Positions 14,901 to 26,736 are shown, counted from the first letter of the stretch. The stretch is 64,000 bases of DNA from Antedon mediterranea (GCF_964355755.1 NC_092674.1:23312001-23376000), one strand, 5' to 3'. The notes: generated from the sequence alone by a model not told the origin. Numbers and translations: made by a program.

Positions 14901-17900
14901 TGTAGACAGAGCAAACTAGGATAGTGTAAACAGAGCTTTAAAAAGTGTTTTTCCGCATTATCTTAAAGATTATCTTGAAACACAAAAAATGAAAAAAAAA
15001 ATATTCTAAATTTAAACTGGCCATATCAAAGTATTATTAAAGTTATTCACTTTTTAAGTCGAAAATTCGAGCCAAAAACAACAAGTTTACGTAATTAACA
15101 GGTAAATTAATTAGATTACATTTCGTCTGGGAAATTGTTGCAAGCGAAAGTAAACAAAGATTTCAAACCATGAATATGCATTATGCATGATGCTAATTAG
15201 GATTGTTTACAACTCGTCACGGTTGAGAAGGTGTTTTCACACAGATCGCGAGGAAGTTTTATGATTATGCATACAGAGTAGCCAAACAAGCGCGTTGCAT
15301 TATGAGATATGTTTTGATTGAAAACTTTGACTGGAAGTCAAAGTTATTTTTTGAACAAAAAACATCTGTATTTCGGTTAAATTATTTCTTTTTTTCGACA
15401 AGTTTTTGGTGAAAGTTAATAACTATTATGATACTTCAAAATGACCCACTTTTTTTCAAAATTAAAAAAAAAAATTTGTTTGGAATTAGTCAAAGGGACA
15501 ATACATCTTTAATGCTCTTAGATACTCATGTCTTTCACCAGGATGTTCTAATAGCACTTTACTACTACTAGTACTAGATCCTCTTTATCATTTTATTGTG
15601 AAATTTCAAATAAATTCTTTAAAGATATTATATTGTCCAACTGAAAAAATGTTTGGTTGAATATGCCATGTTAATACTAATAGTTATTCACTTATATTTA
15701 CCCCCAAAAAATGTAGTTTAATAAAGAAAAAAAATTTAGTTGAATTTAACTGTTTATTTTGTCTTGTTATAAGTGAAAACATGAATTTTTTCATTTTTTT
15801 TTTAAAGTGATTTACTAATGATTACAGTATCTTTATCAAAACTTAAAAATGGCCTATTCATAGTCTGATTTTATTAATCTTCATTTTTCATGTTATTGGG
15901 GAACAATATATTTCAAATCTGTCTTTAAAAGGAAGTCCTGAGTTTAATGTATTGTATTCCATCATTATACATCAAGAAAAAGTTCTTCCTTTAGGGAAAA
16001 CAAGTTTAAACTATTAAACAAAAGATCAGCCCATATGTTGTTTTCCAACAATCCCATGGGGTATCATGTCTACTGCCAAATATTGCGATGGGAATAAAAT
16101 ACCAATATTTTCTTGGCACCAAAACAACATTTCGGGCCTGTACAAACTAAAATGGTTATTCTTAAAAAAAAAGTGAAAAACTTGTTTTTGGTAGCTTTGC
16201 TAATTTAAAGGCTTTAAAAACTCACTTTTTAACTTGTATTCTTACAATTATACATAATACAATATTAAAGAGTATTATAATTACAGTATCTTTGATTTTT
16301 TTTTTTTTTTTACTACAGATAGAGTTGATTCAGTTTTTAATAAGTTATGTAATTGATTGATTTATCAATTTTATAACTTTCCTATCTATATTTCAATGAT
16401 TTGAAATAGAAAATGATCACACTAAAATGATGATCATTATTTTTATAGAAAGTAGTTGACAGTCAAGTAAGCAAGTACAGTAGTGTAATAAAACAAATAA
16501 TAAATGTTTTGGATTTGTGCAATTGGTAAAAATAATTTCATTTGGTGTAAAAAATAGAATTGCCTCGTGAAAATAGAATTTCATCTTTCACCTCATGCAA
16601 TTATTTGTACCATCACACTCATAAATATTCATTATTTGTATACTGTTGTATACAGTACTTATGTATAACTAGTTAGATCATAATTTTTTATATAATATAG
16701 TACAAATATTGACAAACATTAGCCATGGGAGTTGTAAATCAAAACAAAAACGTAATCTGCATATAAACATGAATACTCAAATTTCATTTTTAAACAATAC
16801 TTACTGTTGTATAATTATGTGCAACTTTGAGTAGATCTTTACAACCCTGGGTGTCTGCAAATGCACGTATGCCTAGGCAGTTGGAGGGGTGAAGCTGTTT
16901 CATTAGGTAGCCACAACATGCTTCTACTATTTCAGATAGCTGCAAGATACAGGCTGTTGCTAACAGGGCCTCTACATTATCCTCCCGAAGGTTTGTACGG
17001 CCTATAAAAAAGGTAATTAGCGAGATTTCGCAACCTTAAAATACTTTATACAAACAATGTATATTTTTATTGAATTATTGTTTTTTGAACATATTTTTTA
17101 ATGTTTGCCTTTGTGTCAGCCTGCCACAAACAAACCAAATTCCCAAATTGTGGATAATAATTTGATTGGTTAAATTGAAGATATATCATACACTTTCTAA
17201 ACGTTTGAGCTGATTATTAATGTCATACAGTGGCGCAACGGAGCCCCAGAGCATAAGCATTGGAGAGCTCCTTACTGTAGATGTGCTAAATTAATATTAT
17301 AGACTTACCATTATTTTGTATCACCAGAATATATATATATATATACAGTATTTCTTTTACAAGAATATTTCTATAGTATAAGTTTAATCTAAATGATAAT
17401 GAACGGAAAACATGGAATTTGATACAAAATGGGTTATGCAACGAGACGAAGCCCTAAAAACTTACCCTTTAAATAATATCTAATTAGCAAATTAAAGTAA
17501 AAATATCAAATAGAAGTGAAAAGTAACAAAAATGATTTCTACATGAGTGAGTATTTATTTATTAATAGTTGTATTTCTTTAGCCCCCTTTGTTAATGCTA
17601 CTGTCGTACCTGTATAAATATAGTGAATACATGCTTTCAATGCATTTGGATCAAGGTCGTGAAGTTCAATCTCCATTTCAGAAGCCTCTCGTACATCGTG
17701 TGTGAACATCGCCGCAAAGTAGTCCGAGACCGAACTAAGAACAAGTCTGTGGGCAGGAATGCGAACATTTGCTGCGATTAAGATGACATCGGTGAGTTGT
17801 TTGCGGTGTAAATAGCCTTCCATTTTCTTGAAAGTTCGTTCTGCATGGTTGATGGAACGAAAACATTCGCCTTCGGATAAATCCTCCATTAAATGGCTTT

Positions 17901-17913
17901 CATGCATTATCAT
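8978..17913 (-). CDS. KLHL5: Kelch-like protein of the KLHL1/4/5 family (BTB-BACK-6xKelch CUL3 adaptor), ~602 aa
   Basis: Coding exons 17610-17913, 16805-17001, 12976-13188, 12354-12540, 11449-11673, 10699-10861, 10100-10312, 9615-9786, 8978-9112; all GT-AG with consistent phases. Motifs [68 protein letters not shown]. Confidence 0.93.
9417..9563. mobile_element. Harbinger-type MITE, family A (KLHL5-like intron)
   Basis: TIRs agatctatctacactat / atagtgtagatagagct with TAA/TTA flanks. Confidence 0.75.
10397..10630 (-). mobile_element. SINE remnant with Meta-like domain
   Basis: tttacatcccatccaaaagacga and gcatcttgcctaaggatacaa resemble the reverse-complemented MetaSINE central domain. Confidence 0.5.
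11119..11418. repeat. Minisatellite, ~26-bp unit aaccaagcatccctgggattattggt, about 11-12 copies
   Basis: Directly visible tandem array in a KLHL5-like intron. Confidence 0.95.
12628..12772. mobile_element. Harbinger-type MITE, family A (type copy)
   Basis: TIR agctctgtctacactatc / gatagtgtagacagagct with TAA TSD at 12625-12627 and 12773-12775. Confidence 0.85.
14255..14445 (-). mobile_element. tRNA-headed SINE; second copy at ~50505-50657
   Basis: Reverse complement shows A-box tagcttggtgg and B-box ggttcaatcc; body shared with the 50.5 kb copy. Confidence 0.65.
14749..14937. mobile_element. Harbinger-type MITE, family A, with duplicated right TIR
   Basis: TTA on both sides; right TIR present twice (atagtgtagacagagc...atagtgtaaacagagct). 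Confidence 0.75.
14967..15508 (-). mobile_element. Kolobok/T2-type MITE, reverse complement of 37795-38309
   Basis: TTAA flanks, right end gggacaatacatct, body matches the 37.8 kb copy. Confidence 0.75.
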
Positions 17914-18569
17914 AACACAGTCAGTTTGTCTATTGTAAAAAATAATGATATTTATAAAATAATTATATTATTATAGGACTATATGTATATGTAGTTGTGA
18001 AAATTAATTATTAATTATTAAAATTATATCATATATATGGCCCATTATGACAATACGTATTTATTTACTAGGGTTCTTATACTATAGGCCTACATGTATA
18101 TGTTTATGTATACAATTTTAAAGAATTTATTGATCGCGCAAATCTTTCAAATTGCACGTAACAAACAATAATATTTAATAACAATAACATTAACAAACAT
18201 ATTTTACTAAACTAAACAACAGAGAGAGGAAAACCTGGCAATGTATAACAAAAATATTTGATTATGATGTTTTTAGACATGCCTCTCTCTAGCCTAGTAA
18301 GTAGGCTAGGTCCTCTATTTTCTATAGAGGAGAGCCTACTATTACTAGTCAAAGTTACTCTAGGCTAGGCCTAGGCTACTTACACTTTATCTACTAGCCT
18401 AGGCCTAGCCTAGTTAGAGGGACTGCAGGCCATCTACTTTTTTAGGCTAGCCTAGGGTAGGCTAGGCCCTGCCTCTCCTGCCTAAACAAATTATTTAAAA
18501 TACATAATAATATATTAAAATCATTTATTTTACGCCTAATTTACATTGTACTCTACGTAATAGCTTTAC

Positions 18570-18700
18570 CTAATTCTTCCTCATTCTCTAAAGTATCATT
18601 TAAGCTATTATAACATCATTGAAAATCATCACACAACATCACTAAATTTTATTTTGTTCGGCGGTCACGCCTGAGTAGACAGCATAGCAAAGCTGCCTTT
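18570..18700 (-). other. Probable 5' non-coding first exon of the KLHL5-like gene
   Basis: Donor AG|GTAAAG after 18570; acceptor before 17929; no in-frame ORF joins the main CDS; 5' boundary is approximate. Confidence 0.45.
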
Positions 18701-19147
18701 TTTTAGGATCAAAGTTCACGTTTCTGTTACAACGTTATTTATCGGGCAGCCGGTCTACTAGAAAGTATTAAATTATGGAACCGTATTGGTTAAAACTTTT
18801 CCACTACATGGCTCGGATATTTTGTGGAAAATATTTATATTTTTAACAAGTTTAAAAGAAAAATGAGGGTTATTTTCTTTGCAGGAAACGGAACCGTTAG
18901 ACCTAACTAGGTCTACCTGTTTTCCCTTTCTGTTTTTATTCAACGCACAAAGCATGTAGGCCTACTGTAGTGGGATTTTCTTCTTTCTACAGTGACATCT
19001 AATGTAGACATAGGCCCACACTATTTTATTCTAAGATCTATACAAAGAGAACTGAGTTTTGTGTTTATGTTTAGGTTCACTTTATTTTGAAAAAAAAAAA
19101 CACAATTGAGTAGGCCTAAAACTATAATAATTACCTTATGAATGTAA

Positions 19148-19325
19148 AGCTCTACTTTAAAAATAGTTTGACAAAATAATGTGCCCAAATATGGTAGTGA
19201 TATGCTCACATATGATATGACATCATCATGTCCATGGGCACATCAAATGTTTTGGGCATATCACTACCATATTTGGGAACAACACACTTTTTTGTCACAT
19301 CAAGTTTGATAGTGTAGACAGGGCT
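19148..19325. mobile_element. Harbinger-type MITE, family A (paralog at ~26256-26430)
   Basis: TIR-like ends and internal cccaaatatggtagtgatatg units. Confidence 0.7.
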
Positions 19326-19993
19326 TACAATTAAAAAAAAATATTTCACAATATTCCGATGATTAATTAATTGAATTTGCAAAACACGAAAACAACTCTC
19401 AACAAAAAAGGTAAGGGGCTTTTGTTTGCAAAGCGCGCGTTTTGCTCGTGTTTGCAAAGTTTCTAAGTACGTCTAAACAACATAATAATTATCATATAAA
19501 TGTAAATAAAATATTTATTCCAATGATTTCATTGACTTAGTCACTCTGCTGGTCTTGTTAAAAACGTCTGACAACTGACTCAAACAAAAATGTTTATTTT
19601 ACCACGCGTTTTCTCGTGTTTTGCTAAATCTCTGTCTACTTTATTAAACTTATCACTTGATGTGACAAAAAAAGTGTGATGTAAAGTTTGGTAGTGTAGA
19701 CAGACCTTTAGAAAGACATTTTTAAGATTGGTTGCCGGCCCACTTGAAAGCCGAAGTAGTGCACCTTCTTTACAAATTAGTTTTGTTGATGTTTCTGAAC
19801 TTTGCCAATAAAATTGCAGTCTTTTCAGTCATGTGACTCAGTGGGTATAAAAAATGACATCCTCGATCCAGTGGGGGCCTAACTTCTCCAAAAATGGAGA
19901 AATCGGGTTTTGCAACTTTTGTTAAATAATGATACTAATACCATGTCTAAATATTTTCCTACTGTCACGTGTTTTGACACGAAAAGTGGTAGA

Positions 19994-22900
19994 TTAGTTT
20001 TGGCATGCATCGTTTTGATCCTGATGAAATGGCAGATTTAAAAGGTCACAGTTTACGTTTATTGGGAACATTTCGACGGTGTAATTAGACACACATTTAC
20101 AGCAACCAGGATAAGGCTCACACCCAGGATTGCAACAGAGTTGAAAATTCTCGTCCGCTTCTTCTAAAACGCTTTTTCCAAATTCTACATTTTCTGATTC
20201 AATCTTCTTTAATATTGACATTTTATCAAGTATTAAGTCTGACTTGGTGGACAGATCATTTCGCTCTTCTGGGTCACCAAGAATGTCAAATAAAATATGT
20301 TGAGAGAATGTCTCATTCGGTGTAGGCGACGAAATACAGCATTGACCATCAAATCCTGACATAAAATGAGCTTTGTATTTTATGTCACGAACGGCAAACG
20401 CTCCTATGTGAGGTTTAGGAGAGCCCGGGTAGTATAACAGGGAATGTCTTTGAGACTGAAAGAAAAAATAAAAATATATTTTTTATCATTTCTAAAAAAG
20501 ATATTCAGATTGTTTTAACTATTACAATCAATTGGGCTAGACCAGCGGATGTAGTCAATTAGGTAGACCGTCTGTATCCCCTCAAATTCCCCCTGCTTTT
20601 AAAAACTCGGAACCACACGATCAGCTAGAATGATGTCAATCCGTAGATCTACGACTTGCTTGTGATTTTAACTTTAACTCCTCACCTTCCCATGCCCAAA
20701 CCAGCCTGCCCTTTAACAATTGATATGGTAACGTCAGATATAAAGAGTTCACTACAGCAGCGTATCCACAGAACAACATATTTGGGAAACTTGCTTCTAT
20801 ATATAAATTTACGTAAGGGCAAAATTCGGTAAATCGCGCGTTATTTCTAGAATGTTTACTCGATGGTATATAAAGTTGGTTCGTACTTTCGGTACTGATT
20901 TTAACCACCAGATGTAACCCTGTTTACTAATTAAATTGAGTTCGATAATTAGTTATTGACGATTAAAACGAATTTAGGTTCAACGATTTGCCCCAAATAG
21001 GGGTGTTTTTCGATCGTGGTATACACTGTCTAATGGATGTCCGTCTTGAAAAATACCCGCAGACAATAATACGAGGATGCTTCGCATTTTCCTATCTCCT
21101 CCTACGATAATTGTTTTTAATAGCTGAAAACCGGTTGAACAGCTCGAGTACAGTATCATAATGTTGAAGACAGGCCGATTTTCTTAAAAAAATACTATTT
21201 TGATAGATTTAATATACGTTTATGCAAATGTATTGATTTGAAATGAATGGAACATTCCAATCTCTGTTCCACAAGTGTCTATTCCCTCAGGCGTCGTAAA
21301 GGCAAGTACTGTATACTCATAACAGAAATTCGATCCATTTTTTTTTTCAATCTGTGCTGCAGAGGTTGGATATAGATTTTTTTAAACAGATAATGAGCTA
21401 GCGCTTTCACTCGCCGTATATTATGTACACATCTTTATTATTGCAGTTTAACCACCCACATCATCACCCTTCCCTCACTGGCATGAGTAGCGTTGTAAAA
21501 CCAGTAGAGGATGAGCCTACGGTACATCACATGCCCTAAACGCAGAACAACTTTGGAGGGTAGGGTAGGAACCAACTTAAGTATGAATTGGCTCTAAGAA
21601 ACAATTGAAAACCATTATGCCTACTAATTAAGTTGAGTTAGATAATTTAATATTTATTGACCATTAAATCGAATTTTAGATTTTGCCCGAATAGAGGTGG
21701 TTTTCACAAATTGTTTTAAATTATATAAACATATTATACACGTCGTAGAGATGTATCGTTACATGTACTATACTATTTCAATCGACGGTGATAGTTTCAA
21801 CAAAGTATTAAATCGCAATGTTTTACTGTGTATAATGGTATATTATTTGTAAAACATGAAAACAATTAATATTTCGTTACTAAATGGATAAAGAATATAT
21901 TTAAAAATTGTTCTTCTTTGCACCCATCCTCTTCCCCATCCCTCAACCCTAATGTTACATACAAAACACAAATTAAGTTTGTTTAAATTTGACTTAAACT
22001 CGTGACAAGTTTCTCTTTCGGAAGTAATTCCCAGGGTGCTAATTTTAGTTGAGTACATAAATCACAGTGTCTATTTATTCGTTCCTGTAAATGACATGTA
22101 TTATTGTCCTGCGGTACGTACATTTGAAATCGCCAGTTCTTTAACGCTGAAATTATTATGTATTCGAGAACCATCTGTGGGCACGACCTAGATGGTACGC
22201 GAGTGAAGCGAGCGTACCATCTAGTTTAGGAATAAATTTGTAATTCTAAACCAAATTCAATTTCTTTGAGTAGGAATTAGCTTTCGATTTCCGACGACTG
22301 GACCAGAAACCATAAAATCTGTGTCGAAGCGAGGAGCGAAGTTTGTTTTCGCATGTGCACAATGAATTTACTTGACGAAGTTTGGTCGTTTCGTTTGTCG
22401 CAAATCAAAAACTTCCAAGTTTGACAGTGATTAATAATATTAAATAATAAACCTTTCCATTTTTAAGAAGTACATCTTTAAAGTCAAATCCGTCAAGTGT
22501 GACGTCAAATTCTTCTGCTAAAGAACCGCTGAGACTTCTGAATGTTGGCCAGATATCCAAATGACTTAACAACTCTGTTGAAATTCTACTAGATATTTGA
22601 CCTTTCCAGTAGGCTATGGTCGGAACTCGGGATCCACCTTCAAATGTTGTTCGTTTACCACATCTCATTACTCCACTAAATCCACCCTCTTCCATTTCAT
22701 CCACGTCCGCTCTATAAAGAATGCCATGATAGTCTGTTAGGCCTAGCTATTCATTTGTTAATCAGTCGTCAACAAAATTGAAAATGTTGATAAATTGGAA
22801 ATTATGGAGATGCTGTCCTCGGGTGGATGGTGGTAGTGCAACGATGCACTACAGAATGTCCTAAGAAGACGGTTATTTAATAAGAAGAATCAACATCACA

Positions 22901-23939
22901 CTAAATAATGTTTGCAGCAAAGCTTAATTACAGTATGGCTTTTAAAACTTACCCATTATCTGACGTGAAAATGACCAATGTATTTTCGATCACTCCACTT
23001 CTCTTAAGTTCATCCATCACCTCTCCTACTTGCCAATCTAGTTCTGCTAAAGAATCTGTGTAAGAACCGCCCTTTGTGGAATTTCTAAATTGTCTACCAG
23101 AAAACTGCGGAACATGTGGATGCGAAAATGCGTACATGAGAAAGAAAGGAGTAACACTGCACGAGTTCTTTCTAATCCAACTGCGTGCTGCTCTTGCCTG
23201 TCGCGCTGCTAGGAGCGTCATATCTACCGGTTGCTCGATGATTTCGTCTCCCATTAGCAATTGGCAAGGTGCATTAAACATACTACACTGGTCCGGATTG
23301 ACACAGTTGTCGTTTGGATAGAAACACGTGAGGCAAGGGCAATCAACGTGTGAATTAGGCATCCCAAAGTATTCAGAAAACCCATGGTGTAGTGGAAGAA
23401 ACTCCCTGTTTCGTCCAACACCAAGATGCCATTTCCCAACAAGAGCAGATTTGTAACCTTGCTTAGCCAGCATCTCTGGGATTGTAACTTCTGCATGAGG
23501 TAATCCGCCTGTCATTTGTTGATTGAACACTGGTGCTAATGACTCACCTGTCGGCCATATACCTGAACGAACGGCATATCTTCCAGTGTAAATGGAGGCT
23601 CTGTAATTAAACAAAACTTAGAGGAAATGTTCTTCTTACTCATTCGCGCTTCAAATGGACTTTCGTTGCTAGCACTATACCAATGACTTTAAAATGTGCT
23701 TACCTTGCAGGACTACACAGTGGTGAAGCACTGTAGAATTGAGTGAACTTAATCCCATCCTCTACTAACTTGTGTATGTGAGGCGTCTCTGATAAGGCAT
23801 TACCGTAAGATTGGAGATCACCAAAACCCAGATCGTCAGCCAGAAAAATAACAAAATTTGGCCTATTGATGATAGGGCTTTGATAACAACGACAAACGCT
23901 TGAAAGTAAAAACAATAGTAAAGTCGGCAATGAAGCCAT
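19994..23939 (-). CDS. ARSA: Arylsulfatase A-like sulfatase, copy A, ~534 aa
   Basis: Exons 23704-23939, 22953-23600, 22453-22711, 19994-20455 in phase. Hydrophobic signal peptide, LADDLG, formylglycine motif CSPAR-ASIYTGR, GKWHLG, SHPHVP, SDNG, GKRTTFEGG. ARSA versus ARSG orthology not tested. Confidence 0.88.
20796..22224 (+). mobile_element. Non-autonomous Helitron (1429 bp) in intron 3 of sulfatase A
   Basis: 5' TCTATATATAAA; 3' 13-bp stem ctagatggtacgc/gcgtaccatctag ending in CTAG; no TSD; absent from paralog B (empty site gcttttagga at 27991-28000). Confidence 0.85.
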
Positions 23940-24339
23940 TTTTGTCTACATCCAATTTACCTAAAAATGAATAAAAAATCAGTTATAGCTTAATGTTGAA
24001 GATCTCCAAGGCCGAAATACGGATCATTTGAATATGGTTTGTGAACTGCTGATACGGCTGCCAATCTGAGAGATTGTCTCATGCATTTATCCTGTTGAAC
24101 AAATGAAGAAAACGAATTAGTAACGATCATTCTCCAAAACAATACTCAAAACACTTTCCCGGAGCTAATTACTTTGTTATACCAGGGAAGAATGAAATTA
24201 CTCTCTTCCCTGGTTATACTTATGTGTTCATAATTGATCCTCATAGATCTTTGAATTAAATTTCACCGAACGAAAAAAACTATGATTAATTTTCATGGCA
24301 AAACAACTAGTAAAGTAGGGTTTTGAAAAAAAAAAATTA

Positions 24340-24700
24340 AGCATGGTTTATAATGTTTCGACGTTTTAGTTGTCTTTTCCAGAACACAGTTGTACTAGCG
24401 CTAAAACAACACTCAACTTCATTCCTTCTAAGAACACATCGTGTAGGCCTACAGCAAACCAAGGGTTTTAGAAGAGTAGTAAAGCTTAACTTTACTAATG
24501 AAAGAATGCCTACGATATTGTGAATGACCCAAGAGAACGTGTCAACTCCAATTTGAATCCAATGATCAAAATTCTTCCAAGCTTTCCCTTACAATAATTG
24601 TAACAACAAATCGTGCAAGGATTTTGAAGTCTCGTCCAGTTGTTCCCTCCTTTTGCTCGGTTGTACTAAATTCTTTACACACGTACGCCCAAGACGACAC
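24340..24700 (-). mobile_element. Possible Penelope-like element remnant (paralog near 30110-30380)
   Basis: DFKILAR...RESL GIY-YIG-like peptide followed by ctggaaaagac...gtcgaaac, a hammerhead-like core. Confidence 0.35.
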
Positions 24701-25030
24701 TATATAGAGATGTTTCTAAATGTAGGCCCGCCTATACCTATGCAAAACGTAAAAATAATTATTCATTTTAAATATAAATTTGACTTAATTAGTGACGTAT
24801 TACATTTATTTCGTCCATAATAAATGAAGTTTAATATTCAAAACTCTACATTTGTGTTTGATGAACTCATATTACTGGTATACCTAATCTTTCGCATCGT
24901 ACGCCTACGTGTATTTATTTTTCATTTTGGATACATTGTTGTCATAAGTAAGAATAATTTACGTAATAATTATTGTTGCGTCGTCGTCTAACTACAAGCC
25001 GGTATCCGATTAAAGTCTTGATTAGCAAAT

Positions 25031-25400
25031 TTACCTCCGCCTAGGAAGTTATATTTTTGTCCTAGATATCTGTGTGTGTGTTTGTCAGCAGGATAACGTA
25101 AAAATCTAAAAGAAGGATCTTTACCACATTCAAACCACAGATATATATGTGGTCACAAAAGACTCCATTATGTTGTTAGGCAATAAGGACCAAGATCCAA
25201 ATTATGGGCCACAGTTTATTATTTTACTAGTTAGGCCGTACGTCAAAACAAGACGGATCCTTCTCAACGCGACTCTAAAACAGTACAGCTCACTGTCGGT
25301 CGGTCGGTTGATTGGTCGGTAAACACTAACTTCAGCACGCGACTGCAGCCATGTATATAACCTTGTTATTTCTATTTTACCCCTAGCGAAGATTGCAATG
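25031..25400 (+). mobile_element. Helentron-associated (HINE/DINE-like) element with a nested small (GTCG)n element at ~25261-25367
   Basis: ttacctccgcctagg start, tgtg/gtttgtc microsatellite, ccctagcgaag subterminal inverted repeat; paralog 30759-31181 lacks the nested piece. Confidence 0.55.
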
Positions 25401-25553
25401 CTTTACTTATGTCAGTTTTCAAATCATTAATTTGTAATTTAATTCTTAGATGACAAAGTATATTATTTAAGATAAGAAGAAGCTAGTATGATATAAAGCA
25501 TTTAAGAAATTCGTATGTCTTTACTTATGCAAAAATATGAATAATGCCAGTCC

Positions 25554-25658
25554 TAGTATAGCCTATGATATGGTGGTATTTAGTTACTATATACAACCTT
25601 GTGTAAGTATTAAATTATGGAACCGTATTGGTTAAAACTTTTCCACTACATGAATGAA

Positions 25659-25692
<34 letters not shown>

Positions 25693-25795
25693 GTATAGCC
25701 TATGATATGGTGGTATTTAGTTACTATATACAACCTTGTGTAAGTATTAAATTATGGAACCGTATTGGTTAAAACTTTTCCACTACATGAATGAA

Positions 25796-25829
<34 letters not shown>

Positions 25830-25926
25830 GTATAGCCTATGATATGGTGGTATTTAGTTACTATATACAACCTTGTGTAAGTATTAAATTATGGAACCGT
25901 ATTGGTTAAAACTTTTCCACTACATG
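25554..25926 (+). repeat. 137-bp-period repeat: 99-bp block x3 separated by aatgaaat(A)30 x2
   Basis: Blocks 25554-25652, 25691-25789, 25828-25926 read as identical. Confidence 0.95.
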
Positions 25927-26736
25927 GCTCGGATATTTTGTGGAAAATATTTATATTTTTAACAAGTTTAAAAGAAAAATGAGGGTTATTTTCTTTGCAG
26001 GAAACGGAACCGTTAGACCTAACTACCTGTTTTCCCTTTCTGTTTTTATTCAACGCACAAAGCATGTACACTGTAGTGGGATTTTCTTCTTTCTACAGTG
26101 ACTAACTAATGTAGACATAGACCTACACTATTTTATCCTAAGATCTATACAAAAAGAACTGAGTTTTGTGTTTATGTTTAGGTTCACTTTATTTTGGAAA
26201 AAAAAAACACAATTGAGTAGGCCTAAAACTATAATAATTACCTTATGAATGTAAAGCTCTACTTTAAAAATAATTTGACAAAAAATGTGCCCAAATATGG
26301 TAGTGATATGCTCACACATGATATGACATCATCATGTCCATGGGCACATCAAATGTTTTGGGCATATCACTACCATATTTGAGAACAACACACTTTTTTG
26401 TCACATCAAGTTTTATAGTGTAGACAGGGCTTACAATTAAAAAAAAATATTTCACAATATTCCGATGATTAACTAATTGAATTTGCAAAACACGAAAACA
26501 ACTTTCAACAAAAAAGATAAAGGACTTTTGTTTGCAAAGCGCGCGTTTTGCTCGTGTTTGCAAAGTTTCTAAGTACGTCTAAACAACATAATAATTATCA
26601 TACTAAAATGTAAATAAAATATTTATTCCAATGATTTCATTAACTTAGTCACTCTGCTGGTCTTGTTAAAAACGTCTGACAACTGACTCAAACAAAAATG
26701 TTTATTTGACCACGCGTTTTCTCGTGTTTTGCTAAA

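Larger units (their letters stand above)
18763..25604. repeat. Tandem duplication unit, copy A (contains sulfatase A)
   Basis: Colinear with 25879-31409; starts aagtattaaattatggaacc and ends caaccttgtgt. Confidence 0.92.

Noticed and set aside
18570-18640. Selenocysteine or readthrough N-terminus MLCDDFQ*CYNSLNDTLENEEEL for KLHL5
   Set aside because: After splicing to the only nearby acceptor, this frame stops again (DKLTVL*) and is not the CDS frame.
18773-19457. Duplicated small ORFs (60-83 aa) repeated at 25889-26563
   Set aside because: Shared only because of the recent duplication; partly MITE-derived; no recognisable domain.
23076-23496. Overlapping or antisense ORFs in sulfatase exon 2 (also 28842-29205)
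   Set aside because: Alternative-frame by-products of the real exon.
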